Shown: positions 49,959 to 59,810, numbered from the whole stretch's first letter. The stretch: DNA of 63,642 nt, filler included, from Chthonomonadaceae bacterium (GCA_035650735.1; 5 parts of 5 records of this genome joined end to end with filler, not necessarily neighbours in it), one strand, 5' to 3'. Notes: a model not told the origin generated them from the sequence alone. Program-made: numbers and translations.

Positions 49959-50030
49959 AGCATCCTCCTACTCGGTACTTCCTGAGCTTCTCCCTCTTTA
50001 GGAGAGGAATGCTACAGAGCTTTCGTTTTC

Positions 50031-50112
50031 GGTAGACACTCCCAGCCATGTGGATCAATCTCACGCAGCCTGCTGCTGAGGAGATACGTCCACACCGTTG
50101 GGAGCGATTACC
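50031..50112. repeat. 82-bp palindromic repeat, copy 3
   Basis: Three mismatches to copy 2. Confidence 0.9.
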
Positions 50113-50332
50113 TCGTTTTCTTTGCAGGATATGTTTCCGCCGAACTGTGCAACATGACGTGCGCCCACAGAGGCCAGTTCCGTAAATTGGCGCGGCAGCG
50201 GGCGATCCAGAACAGCGCACTGCCGCATGAAAATTTGGCTGATAAGAATGCGGAACAATCTAGTTCCGAGCCACGTATTATAAGTAGCGCATGTCCTCCT
50301 TTTCATTAGAAGTCCATCAGACTTAGATGGTG

Positions 50333-50370
50333 CCTGTATCAGTCGGATGACCGATACAGGTTCTTTTTTT
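50333..50370 (+). terminator. Terminator-like hairpin
   Basis: CCTGTATC..GATACAGG followed by TTCTTTTTTT. Confidence 0.55.
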
Positions 50371-50715
50371 GCGGTTTTTGCCTGCCTGTTTTGCGCCTGT
50401 CGTCTGTTGGCGCCTATCTGCCGGAGTTCATCAGGAAAACGGCGCGTAGCCGGTCGCCCTCTCCCTCACTTTTTTAACATAACAGTTAACAGAATTTTAA
50501 TCCAGCCTTAATCGCGCCTTAAGACAGACCTTGTATACTTTACTTCTGCCCGGCAAAATTCCTTGACAGGTTATCGGACCGGTGTTATATCCAATCCGGT
50601 GAATTTCTTCCCATATGCGCTGCACCTTGAGGTAGCCATACGATAAGTATTCCCTCGGACTTGATATAAGCCCCACAGCGGCAGGGTTTAGCCTGCCGGG
50701 AGAGGAGTCGGGGAG

Positions 50716-51441
50716 TTAGGTCAGCGCCGCGACAAACGAATTGAACAGCCGCCGCGACTTCTCATCCTGCGGGGCCGTCTCCTCCGGGTGGAACTGCACG
50801 GCGACCACGTAGCGGTGCGTCGGACTCTCCACCGCTTCGATGACCCCGTCCGGGGCGTGCGCCGTCACCCGCAGACCCTCCGCCACGTTTTTGAGCGCCT
50901 GATGGTGGAAGGAGTTCGTCTCCATTTCCTGTGCGCCGACAATGCCGCAGAGACGGCTATCGGGATGGATGCGAATGGAGTGGCTGAACTGGTCGCGAGG
51001 GATGTTGCGCGCGCTCTGCTGATGGACGATCTCGGAGGGATATTCAGAAGGCAAGTCCTGGTAGAGCGTGCCGCCCATCGCCACGTTGAGAGTTTGAATA
51101 CCCCGGCAAATGGCAAAAATCGGCACGTCCTGCGCCAGCGCCAGGCGGGTCAGCGGCAGCTCGGTGGCATCGCGGTCGGCATCCACCTCGCCCAGCTTCG
51201 GGTGCGGCTCCTGGCCGTAGTGGGCGGGGGCGATGTCCACACCTCCGGAGAGCAGCAGGCCGTCTATGATCCCCAGGTAGCGCGCGATCACCTCCGGCTC
51301 GGCGGTCACCGGCAGGAGGATGGGCACGCCGCCCGCCCGCTCGATGGCCCAGACGTAGGGGCGGTTGAGCGCCTGACGCGGCCCGGCGCTCTCCGTCGGC
51401 TTGAAGGTGGCGCAGGTGATCCCGACGACCTTGCGCGCCAT
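50716..51441 (-). CDS. Peptidase C26 / gamma-glutamyl-GABA hydrolase family glutamine amidotransferase
   Basis: GLLLSGGVD, AICRGIQ, NSFHHQA, VQFHPE. Confidence 0.95.
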   Translation of the reverse strand: MARKVVGITCATFKPTESAGPRQALNRPYVWAIERAGGVPILLPVTAEPEVIARYLGIIDGLLLSGGVDIAPAHYGQEPHPKLGEVDADRDATELPLTRLALAQDVPIFAICRGIQTLNVAMGGTLYQDLPSEYPSEIVHQQSARNIPRDQFSHSIRIHPDSRLCGIVGAQEMETNSFHHQALKNVAEGLRVTAHAPDGVIEAVESPTHRYVVAVQFHPEETAPQDEKSRRLFNSFVAALT

Positions 51442-51442
51442 C

Positions 51443-52327
51443 TCAGCGGGCCTCTTTCGCCTGGGGAACCGCCGCGAGGGTTGCGCCCGGAAGCGCGTCG
51501 GCGTCCTGGACGGCGGGGTGGTAGCGGCGCAGCCAGGCCACCCCGATCACGCCCGCAAGCACCATCAGTGCGCTGACGATGTGCGTATCCGTCAGGTGCA
51601 GGCTGGGAATTAGATAGGTGGAGGTCGCGCCGGCCCGGAACATCTCCACGATGAAACGATACACGCCGTACATGGCGATATAGCCGAAGAACAGCTCTCC
51701 ATCGCGCCGGGGCCGCTTCTCCCAGCGGGTCAGCAAGAAGAAGAAGACCAGGTTAAACAGCGTCCCGTAGAGCTGGGTCGGGTGGCTGGGCGGCGTCAGC
51801 ACGAGCGGATGGCCGGGCAGGCTCTCGTAGCGCTCATCCGGGAAGCGCATGGCCCAGGGCAGGTGGCACGCCGCACCGTAGCAGCAGCCGTTGAGCAGGC
51901 AGCCGATTCGCCCGATGGCATAGGCGATGGCCCAGGAGGGAGCGCAGAGGTCGGCAAAGGCTAGGAAGCTCACTCGCTTCCAATAACAGTAGCCGAGCAG
52001 AAACAGGATGCCAAACAGCAGCCCGCCGTGCAGCGACAGCCCGCCTTCCCACAGCTTGAATGCCTCCCACGGGTGGCCCGCATAGCTGCCCCAGTCCAGC
52101 AGCACGAACATCAGCCGGGCCCCGATCAAGCCCGCAAGCAGCCCAAAAATCCCGACGTCAAAGACGGTGTCCGGGCTGATGCGCCGCGGCGAGCCTTCCG
52201 GTTCGGTGACCATGCGGCGGGCGCACAGGCGCATGGCCCGCCAGAGCCCCAGCAGAAAGCCCAGCACGATCAGCGTGCCGTAGGCGTGGATAGGGATGCT
52301 GCCGATATGAAACAGAGTCCGATACAT
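51443..52327 (-). CDS. lgt: Prolipoprotein diacylglyceryl transferase
   Basis: GGLSLHGG, GRIGCLLNGCCYG, HPTQLY, RFIVEMFR. Confidence 0.95.
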   Translation of the reverse strand: MYRTLFHIGSIPIHAYGTLIVLGFLLGLWRAMRLCARRMVTEPEGSPRRISPDTVFDVGIFGLLAGLIGARLMFVLLDWGSYAGHPWEAFKLWEGGLSLHGGLLFGILFLLGYCYWKRVSFLAFADLCAPSWAIAYAIGRIGCLLNGCCYGAACHLPWAMRFPDERYESLPGHPLVLTPPSHPTQLYGTLFNLVFFFLLTRWEKRPRRDGELFFGYIAMYGVYRFIVEMFRAGATSTYLIPSLHLTDTHIVSALMVLAGVIGVAWLRRYHPAVQDADALPGATLAAVPQAKEAR

Positions 52328-52409
52328 AAGCGCGCGCTAACTTTCCTCGATTGTTAAGTGGTGCCTCCGGCAAGTTCGCTGCCCTTTCGTGGAGGTGCTT
52401 TTCCCGCCC

Positions 52410-52610
52410 ACAAGGGCGTCGCCAGGCGGAGGGCTGTGACAAGGCGGAGGCAGGGGCCCTAACCCTGCCGACCCTGGCAGTCGGCGGGCCTCGCTAGGCG
52501 GAGATCGCCAGGCAGAGCCGCGAACCGTTGAGCGGCGTCCCTGGCAGTCGAGCGAGCGCAGCGCCGACCCTTGCAGCGCCCCACAGCGGCAGGCTAACCC
52601 CTGCCGCATA
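52410..52610. repeat. REP-like cluster
   Basis: Shares GAGCCGCGAACCGTTGAGCGGCGTCCCTGGCAGT (reverse complement) with 645-680. Confidence 0.75.
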
Positions 52611-52638
52611 AAGGACAGCAAATTTAGCGGATGCACCA

Positions 52639-53241
52639 TTATGCTTCCGACTGATGGCTTCCGGCCTCCTCCGCCGCCAGGGAGCGGTGCGAGTCGACAG
52701 GGTGGTGGGCCGGATCGGATTCGGCGTGGGCCGTGCGCAGGAAATGGAGCAACAGCAGTCCAATGCCGAGCGTGATGGCCGAGTCGGCGATATTGAAGAT
52801 AGGCCACTGGAACTGGCCCACCTGGAAGTGAAAGAAATCCACGACGTACTGGTAGCGCAGCCGATCCAGTAGGTTGCCGAGCGCGCCGCCCAGCGCCAGC
52901 GCCAGCGCCGTGCCCACCAGCAGCGGCACGTGCGGCATCCGGTGATAGGCATAGAGCAGGGCGACAATGGCAATCGAGGCGAAGATGATAAACAGCAGAT
53001 TGCCCTGCGGCAGCAGTCCCCACGCCCCACCCGTGTTGTGGGTGAGCGTAAGCTGGAAGACGTGACCGAATATCGGCCTGGACTGCTCCCATGCTAGGGC
53101 GTGCTGCACCCACGCTTTGCTTAGCTGGTCGCCGATAAAGACGAGCACGGCGATAAGGTAAAACAGCGCCGGGCGAATGGCCCGCGCGCGCGCCGCGACG
53201 GGGGCGCCAGAGGATACAGGCTGCTCGTGCTTCAAACCCAT
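52639..53241 (-). CDS. lspA: Lipoprotein signal peptidase II
   Basis: DQLSK, NTGGAWG, GGALGNLLDR, VVDF, FNIADSAI. Confidence 0.96.
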   Translation of the reverse strand: MGLKHEQPVSSGAPVAARARAIRPALFYLIAVLVFIGDQLSKAWVQHALAWEQSRPIFGHVFQLTLTHNTGGAWGLLPQGNLLFIIFASIAIVALLYAYHRMPHVPLLVGTALALALGGALGNLLDRLRYQYVVDFFHFQVGQFQWPIFNIADSAITLGIGLLLLHFLRTAHAESDPAHHPVDSHRSLAAEEAGSHQSEA

Positions 53242-53246
53242 GATGC

Positions 53247-53636
53247 TTAGCGATCGGTCCTTTCCGCAGCTTCGACGGTCATCGTGGCCCAGGGCAGGGC
53301 GCGCAGCCGCTCCACCGGGATCGGCTTGCCGGTGACCTCGCAGATTCCATACGTTCCCTCTTCTATACGCGCCAGAGCGATGTCAATACGCCGCAACATC
53401 TCGCGCGTATTTTCATCCAGCGCCTCAAAGCGGCCCCGGTCATAGAGCTGGACGGCGGAATCGCCGGGCTCGTTGATATCGTAGGTAGAGAGCTCATTGA
53501 GGATGAGGTCTTCGCTCTCCGCATCCATATCGGTATTTTCCTGGTGATGCTCCTGCACCAGGCGCGCGCGCTCCTTAAGCAAGCGCTTGCGGAACTCGTC
53601 AAAATTAATATCGGTGCGTTTGGGCGTCGCTGCCAT
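53247..53636 (-). CDS. TraR/DksA family transcription factor
   Basis: ALARIEEGTYGICEVTGKPIPVERLRALPWA. Confidence 0.92.
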   Translation of the reverse strand: MAATPKRTDINFDEFRKRLLKERARLVQEHHQENTDMDAESEDLILNELSTYDINEPGDSAVQLYDRGRFEALDENTREMLRRIDIALARIEEGTYGICEVTGKPIPVERLRALPWATMTVEAAERTDR

Positions 53637-53649
53637 AGGATCACCTCGC

Positions 53650-54897
53650 TTATTTGCGGTCGGGCGTCAGGGTAACGGGCACACGCTGACCGGGCACGGG
53701 ATGGCCGGCGTCGTAGGCCGGCGGACCGATGCTTTCCAACTGGTAGTCTCGCGTGCCGCGCTTATAGAGAAACTCCTGGCCGCTGAAAGGATCAACGGCC
53801 ATGTCGCCGAGTTTGAGCTCGGCCAGCGTTGCGGGCAGGCGATTGTGCTCCCAACGGTAACGGCGGATCGCGGCATGACAGCCAAGCAACCGCGCCATCG
53901 CCTGCTGACTGGTATGTCTATCCACTACTCCCTCAAAGGCTGGCCTGAGCGTAAGAGCAAGTTGGGTCCCCAGATTGTTCCCTGGCTTTGCGCCATCCGG
54001 GTTCAGTGCTAGAGGGCGTTTTTGTTCCCAATACGGAGTTCGCAGGGCAAGCTGTACCTGTCGGTAGGCGGCGTTTATGCTGGCTTCTGTGGTTGCGATC
54101 AACTCCTGCACGCCTTGCGGGGTCAGACCCTGCACCTGGGCAAGCATCTTCTGGCTGTCCTCATCCAGCGCGCCCCCGGCGCCCTCTTCCATCTCCTGAA
54201 ACAGTTGCTCCAACCCACCGGTGCCCTCATGCTCCGTCGCCTTTCGCAGCAAGAGGATTGCGCTCTGGCGTTCGCGTTCTAGCGCGTCGGGCAGGAGGTC
54301 GGGCGCGCTGAGCCAGTCCTGCACCAGGCCATACAGGCGCTCACAATCGCGTACCGAAAGCTGGTCCAGGTGCTCTACGAATGGCCTGATGACTATCTGG
54401 TGGATCGCCTGGGCGACAAGCCAGCCGATCAGACTATGATTCTCAATGGCGTAACCTAGCCTCAAGCCGTCCCGCATTACCTCAATCGCTTCGCCGACGT
54501 GCCCATCCGCCAGCAGCACATACTGCCGCACCGCCAGCGCCCGGGCCAGCGCACGCACCCCGCCCATGGCGGAGATGAAACTATCCGATTGCAGGTCCAA
54601 CTCGGCTTCCGGATTGACAGGTCGACTCAGCCAGGCATCCATCAGATCAAGCGCCTGGGCAACGGGCTTGTCTTCCAGGGCCAGCCGCTTCTGCATCAGC
54701 GTCGCGCTGGGATCGGTCGCCGCCTCCAGCACCTTACTGGTTTTGATTAACCGCGCGGCCTCCACCAGCGCCTCGTAGCCCGGCTCAGCTTTCTGCGGCA
54801 AAGCCTCCTGTGCCCTCGCCTGGGGCAGGGTTGCTATCGCGCTCAGTGACGCCAAAAACCACAGGGAAATCCACTTTCGGCATATGACTGCGGTCAT
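53650..54897 (-). CDS. Secreted helical hypothetical protein
   Basis: Signal peptide; C-terminal P.TLAEL...DPFSG..F.Y motif. Confidence 0.75.
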   Translation of the reverse strand: MTAVICRKWISLWFLASLSAIATLPQARAQEALPQKAEPGYEALVEAARLIKTSKVLEAATDPSATLMQKRLALEDKPVAQALDLMDAWLSRPVNPEAELDLQSDSFISAMGGVRALARALAVRQYVLLADGHVGEAIEVMRDGLRLGYAIENHSLIGWLVAQAIHQIVIRPFVEHLDQLSVRDCERLYGLVQDWLSAPDLLPDALERERQSAILLLRKATEHEGTGGLEQLFQEMEEGAGGALDEDSQKMLAQVQGLTPQGVQELIATTEASINAAYRQVQLALRTPYWEQKRPLALNPDGAKPGNNLGTQLALTLRPAFEGVVDRHTSQQAMARLLGCHAAIRRYRWEHNRLPATLAELKLGDMAVDPFSGQEFLYKRGTRDYQLESIGPPAYDAGHPVPGQRVPVTLTPDRK

Positions 54898-54909
54898 CTT
54901 GCCCTGCCC

Positions 54910-55095
54910 TTTCTTGACCTAACCCCCGACCCTAATGGCCTCCACCCCCATCCCACTGCCAGGGTCGGGCCTGCAACGGACTGCCAGGGTCGGCAGGGTT
55001 ACGGCCTCTGCCTCCGCCTTGCGACATCAACATCAAGGTGGAAGGGTTGCGAATACTGGCCGTCGGCAGGGTTAGGGCCCCTGCCTCCGCCTTGC
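54910..55095. repeat. REP-like cluster at contig end
   Basis: CTTGACCTAACCCC, CTGCCAGGGTCGG and CTCCGCCTTGCGAC modules. Confidence 0.8.
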
Positions 55096-55195
55096 NNNNN
55101 NNNNNNNNNNNNNNNNNNNNNNNNNNNNNNNNNNNNNNNTTAATTAATTAANNNNNNNNNNNNNNNNNNNNNNNNNNNNNNNNNNNNNNNNNNNN
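55096..55195. other. Artificial contig linker
   Basis: N-run with TTAATTAATTAA. Confidence 0.97.
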
Positions 55196-55699
55196 GATCT
55201 GGAGCACCTTGCCGGTGCGCTTAGCTGTCCGGGCCATCTTCTTAGCGTCCTCTACGGTGTAGGCCATCAGCTTCTCGCAGAAGACGTGCTTGCCTGCCTC
55301 CAGCGCGTCTATGGCGATGTGGGCGTGGAGCGGCAGCGGCACGGTCACGAGGACGGCCTGCACGTCTTTGCGGTCGAGGAGGCGGCGGTAATCGGAGTAG
55401 GCGCTGTCGTCGTGGACCTGGGCGATCCTTTTGGCGGCGTTCAGGTTCGGCTCAAAGATGTCGCAGACCGCCACGCACTGCACGCCCGGCACACGGATCG
55501 CCTTCCTGAGATCGAACTGTCCCTGCGAGCCAGGCCCGATAATGCCGATGCGCAGCGGCTCGGCCTTCGTCTCCGCCGCAGTCTGCGGCTTCTCGTCGGC
55601 CCCGGCCCAGCCTGCGCCGAAGCCGAGCGCGGCGGCGGCCAGCGCGGATTCCTGCAGAAACTCCCGGCGGGAGAGCGCGTTGATACGGAAACGTTCCAT
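55196..55699 (-). CDS. Tat-exported Gfo/Idh/MocA oxidoreductase (3' end cut by gap)
   Basis: SRREFL Tat motif, IGIIGPGSQG, HVFCEK. Confidence 0.9.
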
Positions 55700-55717
55700 G
55701 AAGAATCAACCTCCAGC

Positions 55718-56674
55718 TTAATCCCAATCGGTGCCGATGCGTGTCAGACAATATGTCCCCTGCGGGTCAGGGAGCGCGAACAGCGCCTTAACGCCCGGAT
55801 GGGCCTGGCAGTAGGCGCGCGCCCATTCCACACCCTGGACGGCAAAGGCTGTGGAGAGCGCATCGCCTTCGGCGGCATCGGGCGAGAGGACGGAAACAGA
55901 GTATTCGCCGCCGACCGGCTGCCCGGTGCGCGGATCGAACAGGTGGCCGACGCGGGTGCCCTCCGCCAGAATGAACTGCTCAGCGCTGCCCGAAGTGGAC
56001 AGGGCCGCGTCCCGCAGTTGCACGACGGCCAGCTGTCGGCCCTCCTCCTGCGGGTCGGGGATGCCAATGGGCCAGCCTGCGCTGCTCGGCGGCTTGCCGA
56101 GGGCGACGATAGAGCTATAACCGCTATGGAGCAGCGCGCAGGAGATGCCGGCGGAGCGTAGGAAGTCGGCGGCGCACGCGACGATAAACCCCTTGCCGAC
56201 CGCGCCCAGATGCAGCTCGATCTCCGGGGTTAGAAAACGGATGGTCTGCTGCGCCTCATCCAGTTGGACATAGCGCCATCCGATTTGTTGCACGATGGCC
56301 GCGATTCTCTCCGGTTGGGGCGGCGTCACCCTCTCGCCGCGCAAAAGCCCGCGCCGGAAGAAGCCCCACGTCCGCACGAGCTTGCCTGCCGTCGGGTCAA
56401 ACGCGCCTTCCGTCTCCAGGCTCAACCGGCGCAAGCGCACAAGCAGCGCAAAGAGGTTGGGCGCGACCGGAACCGGCTCCTGATAGGCGCGGGCGTTGAT
56501 CTGGCTGACATCGCTCTCCGGCAGGAAATGGCTGAGCTGCTGCTCCAGCCAGCCCACCCGATCCAGCGCGTCATACGCCGCATGCTCCACTGCCTCCAGG
56601 TCGTCGCCGCCCGCATAGATCTCGAACAGGCTGCCCATCGCCGGCCTTGCCACATGGATCAACTGGCGGTTCAT
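55718..56674 (-). CDS. apbE: FAD:protein FMN transferase (ApbE family)
   Basis: AMGS, GAFDPT, LGAVGKG, ALSTSG, GHLFDPRTG, DALSTA. Confidence 0.92.
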   Translation of the reverse strand: MNRQLIHVARPAMGSLFEIYAGGDDLEAVEHAAYDALDRVGWLEQQLSHFLPESDVSQINARAYQEPVPVAPNLFALLVRLRRLSLETEGAFDPTAGKLVRTWGFFRRGLLRGERVTPPQPERIAAIVQQIGWRYVQLDEAQQTIRFLTPEIELHLGAVGKGFIVACAADFLRSAGISCALLHSGYSSIVALGKPPSSAGWPIGIPDPQEEGRQLAVVQLRDAALSTSGSAEQFILAEGTRVGHLFDPRTGQPVGGEYSVSVLSPDAAEGDALSTAFAVQGVEWARAYCQAHPGVKALFALPDPQGTYCLTRIGTDWD

Positions 56675-56678
56675 GGCC

Positions 56679-57734
56679 TCAAAACGTGTTATCCACATCC
56701 ACCGGACGGCCCGTTCGGGCCGATTCGACCCCGGCGGCCAGCGCGGCGACGACGCGCGCCCCGTCCAGCACGGTCGTCATCGGCTCAGCCTTGCCCTCGA
56801 TGCAGTCCAGGAAGTGCTCGGCCTGCTCCGCCCAATGATGCACCTGATGCGTGTCGTGGACGCGCGGCCTGTGATCCTTGAACTCCGCCTTGAAGTCCCG
56901 CGCGACCACCGTGGCGTGCGCCGCCTCGTCGTGCCGGTAGAGCCTGCCGCCCCAGAGCGTACCCTGCGTGCCGTACAGGACCAGGTGCCCACCGATGGGC
57001 GCGTAGCCGCGATTGCCGCAGGCCGCAATGATCTTGCCGAGCGTGCCGTTCTCAAAGGTGAGGGTCATCACGTAGCAATCGGCGATGGGCATCAGGGGCT
57101 CGGCTTTGTGGTTCGCGTAGGCAAAGACCTGTTTGACCTCGGAGCCGAGCGCCCAGCGCATCAGGCCCAAAGGATGGCAGCCGCCACCGAGCAGGATGTC
57201 CTGCGGCGCGGCGGGGTCGGAGCGCCAGGGCGTGCGCCCGTTGGGGCCATAGAGGTAGTGGAGGTTCGAAATATAATCGCCCTCGGCCAGCCAGGCTTCC
57301 CCGATCTCGCCCGCCCTGTAGGCGGCGACCATCGCCTGGTAATCCGGGCGGAAATGGTAGACGTGCCCGCCCAGAAACGTTCGGCGCGTCTCGCGCACAT
57401 CCTGGACGAGCCTGGCCGCGTCCTTGCGCGTGGTACACATCGGCTTTTCGCACAGGACATGCTTGCCGGCGCGCAGAGCCGCATGGGCGTGCTCGCCGTG
57501 CAGGTGGTCGGGCGTGCAGATGGAGACGGCCTGAATATCCTCGCGGGCCAGCAGCTCCTCCAGCGTCCGGCAAAAGACCGGCACGCCAAGCTGCTGTGCG
57601 CGCGTCCGTCCTTTCTCCTCATCCACATCCCAGATCGCGATCACTTCGGCGCGCGGGTCTTCCTGATAGCCGCGAATATGGCCCTCGCCTGCATCGCCGC
57701 CGCCCCCTAGCACGCCGATACCGATTTTGCCCAT
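56679..57734 (-). CDS. Gfo/Idh/MocA oxidoreductase
   Basis: ICTPDHLH, HVLCEKPM. Confidence 0.92.
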   Translation of the reverse strand: MGKIGIGVLGGGGDAGEGHIRGYQEDPRAEVIAIWDVDEEKGRTRAQQLGVPVFCRTLEELLAREDIQAVSICTPDHLHGEHAHAALRAGKHVLCEKPMCTTRKDAARLVQDVRETRRTFLGGHVYHFRPDYQAMVAAYRAGEIGEAWLAEGDYISNLHYLYGPNGRTPWRSDPAAPQDILLGGGCHPLGLMRWALGSEVKQVFAYANHKAEPLMPIADCYVMTLTFENGTLGKIIAACGNRGYAPIGGHLVLYGTQGTLWGGRLYRHDEAAHATVVARDFKAEFKDHRPRVHDTHQVHHWAEQAEHFLDCIEGKAEPMTTVLDGARVVAALAAGVESARTGRPVDVDNTF

Positions 57735-57772
57735 TGCTGCTTCCGACTTCCCTCCTCTTTGCTGCACTCGAC

Positions 57773-57985
57773 GCCGGGCACGGAAAGTACCCGGCTATAT
57801 GGCCTACGGCCAAGCGCCCTAGCGGACGCCCCATTGCGGAAGGCTCTTTCCGCTCTACGAAGGTATCAACCTAACGATAGGTCGGTTTTTCCGTCCGAAG
57901 GACGGTTGGCGGCGTAGCCGCCCTAGAGACGGGTACTTTCCGTGCCCGGCTATATGGCCTAACGGCCAGACGTCCTCGCGGACGC
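57773..57985. repeat. Composite inverted/direct repeat element (second REP-like family)
   Basis: 20-bp IR GCCGGGCACGGAAAGTACCC / GGGTACTTTCCGTGCCCGGC plus direct repeat CCCGGCTATATGGCCTA..CGGCCA..GCGGACGCC. Confidence 0.8.
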
Positions 57986-58049
57986 CGAAAACAGCGCCGA
58001 AAACGCAATGACCTTGCCAATAGAATGCTATTTTCCGTTATTGCTCTCT

Positions 58050-59262
58050 TCAGGTCGTTTCCGGGCGGAAGAGGACGATGCTGGCGGTCAGGCCGTGAAT
58101 AAAGCTTTTGCCTCCTACTGGCCCTAGCTCGCCCGCCGCAAAAAGCCTGCTAGCAGCGTCTCCGGCACGGCCTCCAGCACGCCGCGCACATCGTGGTTGG
58201 GCAGGTCGAACAGGCGGGTGCCGCGCCCATTGCAGCTAAACAGCAGGCCGCCTGTGGGCGCGGTCTCGTCCTGAGCGGCAAGATGCATCCGCAGGCGCAG
58301 GTCTTCGTCGGCGGTATTGGCGTTGCGCACCTGGAACTGCACGGTCTGCCCGGGGCGCACGCTGTCCCCGATGGCGATGGCCCCGCTGGTCGGGTCGGCT
58401 CCCAGCACCGCGCGGATCAAAAGGTCGTCGCGCTCAAACGAAAGTCGCCGCACTCAAACGCCGGCTGGTACTCGTTGATGACTATGCCGATGAATAACCC
58501 GTTATGCACGAGCTCCTGCTCCTCCGGCGCCAGCGCCTCTAGCGTCTCCCGTATGACTTCCTGGGCAGGCCGCCCGTTCAGCGTGCGGATCAGGTTTTCT
58601 TCGGCGCGCGTCACCAGCAGCGAAGAGCCGATAGGGCGGCATCCCTGGTTGACGACCGTGGCAACGCGAATAGGCCCGGCCATGCGCAGGCCGACCACGC
58701 CGTCCTCCACAACCCCATCATTCAACAGCAAGCGGTTCTGCCCGAACTGATGCCCGCCGCTGGCGATACCGCCGACGAGCGGCACGCCTGGCAGGAGCGC
58801 CTCAAGCGCTTGCAGGAACTCCTCGCGCGTCGTGAAGGGGTCGCCGAACACCAGGCAGGCGCGCGTCGACTCCAGGCGCGTTCCCCGCAGGCCCACGCGG
58901 CGGCGCAGCAGGTCCTCACTTTCGGGAGAGAAGAGCAGGTCTTCCCACTCCTCATTACTGATATGGAAGGGCGTGAGCGTGATGCCCGGCAGTTGCCCGG
59001 CCAGCACGCTGATCCCTGGCTCCCCCTCGATCTCCTTGTCCCCGCCGATGACGCCCTCGCACGAGCAGCCGATGAGAGCGCGCGGCGCCAACTCACGGCG
59101 TAGTTTGGCGGCCAATGCAGCCGCCTCATCAAGATAGTGCTGAGTGAAAAAGACAGCCAGCAGGTCCACGTCTCCCGGCAGTTGATGCTGCACCGAGGCG
59201 GCGAGATGCTGGACCGCCTCGCCGACGTCCTCGCGGCGACTTACAGCGGCGGCAAATCGCAT
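58050..59262 (-). pseudogene. FIST N/C domain protein with two frameshifts
   Basis: LIGCSCEGVIG, GGIASGG, QGCRPIG, FSCNGRG. Frameshifts at a duplication (about 58416-58457) and a T-run (about 58140); the tail GELGPVGGKSFIHGLT is in a third frame. Confidence 0.85.
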
Positions 59263-59377
59263 GGTTACCTCCCGCGCGCCCCATACAGGCCCCAGAACAA
59301 CGCCAGAATGGGGTCGCCACTTTGAGTTTCGTTCCCGCGCCATAATTTTCCTGCCGGAGTCAGCGTTCTTCCATTGG

Positions 59378-59810
59378 CCCTCACCTCGGCCCTTCTTGAC
59401 CTAACCCCCCGGCCCCCTTCCCTACGAGGGAAGGGGGTGTGACCCGGCTTCTCCGTTGTCCCTCTCCTAGAGAAGGAGAGGCCCCGGCTTCTGCTCTCTC
59501 TTCTCCCTTGGAGGGAGAAGGGCCGGGGAGGAGGGGAGAACAAGGCTTCTCTTCTCCCCTCTCCTTCAAAAGAAGAGAGGCCGGGGATGAGGGCCGCAAC
59601 CATCCCAAGTTGGGTCCCTCCCTTCCCTTGTAGGGTCGCTAGTAGTCCATCCAGGTAGAACGTTGGCATAGCCTTGAGATAGACGGAATGCTAGGCTTAT
59701 CTCATTACCCATACAAACTTTCTACCTTGAAGGAGTACTAGGTGTCGCCAGGCGGAGCGCCGAACCATTGCAGGCGCGACCCTAGCAGTGGGGTTAGGGG
59801 GTGAGGGCAG
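59378..59810. repeat. REP-like cluster interrupted by a MITE
   Basis: Same modules as 4826-5010 and 13120-13435. Confidence 0.8.
59639..59741. mobile_element. IS630-derived MITE
   Basis: Ends CTAGTAGTCCATCCAGGTAGAACGTTGGCAT and CAAACTTTCTACCTTGAAGGAGTACTAG match the two ends of the IS630 at 31400-32628. Confidence 0.85.
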
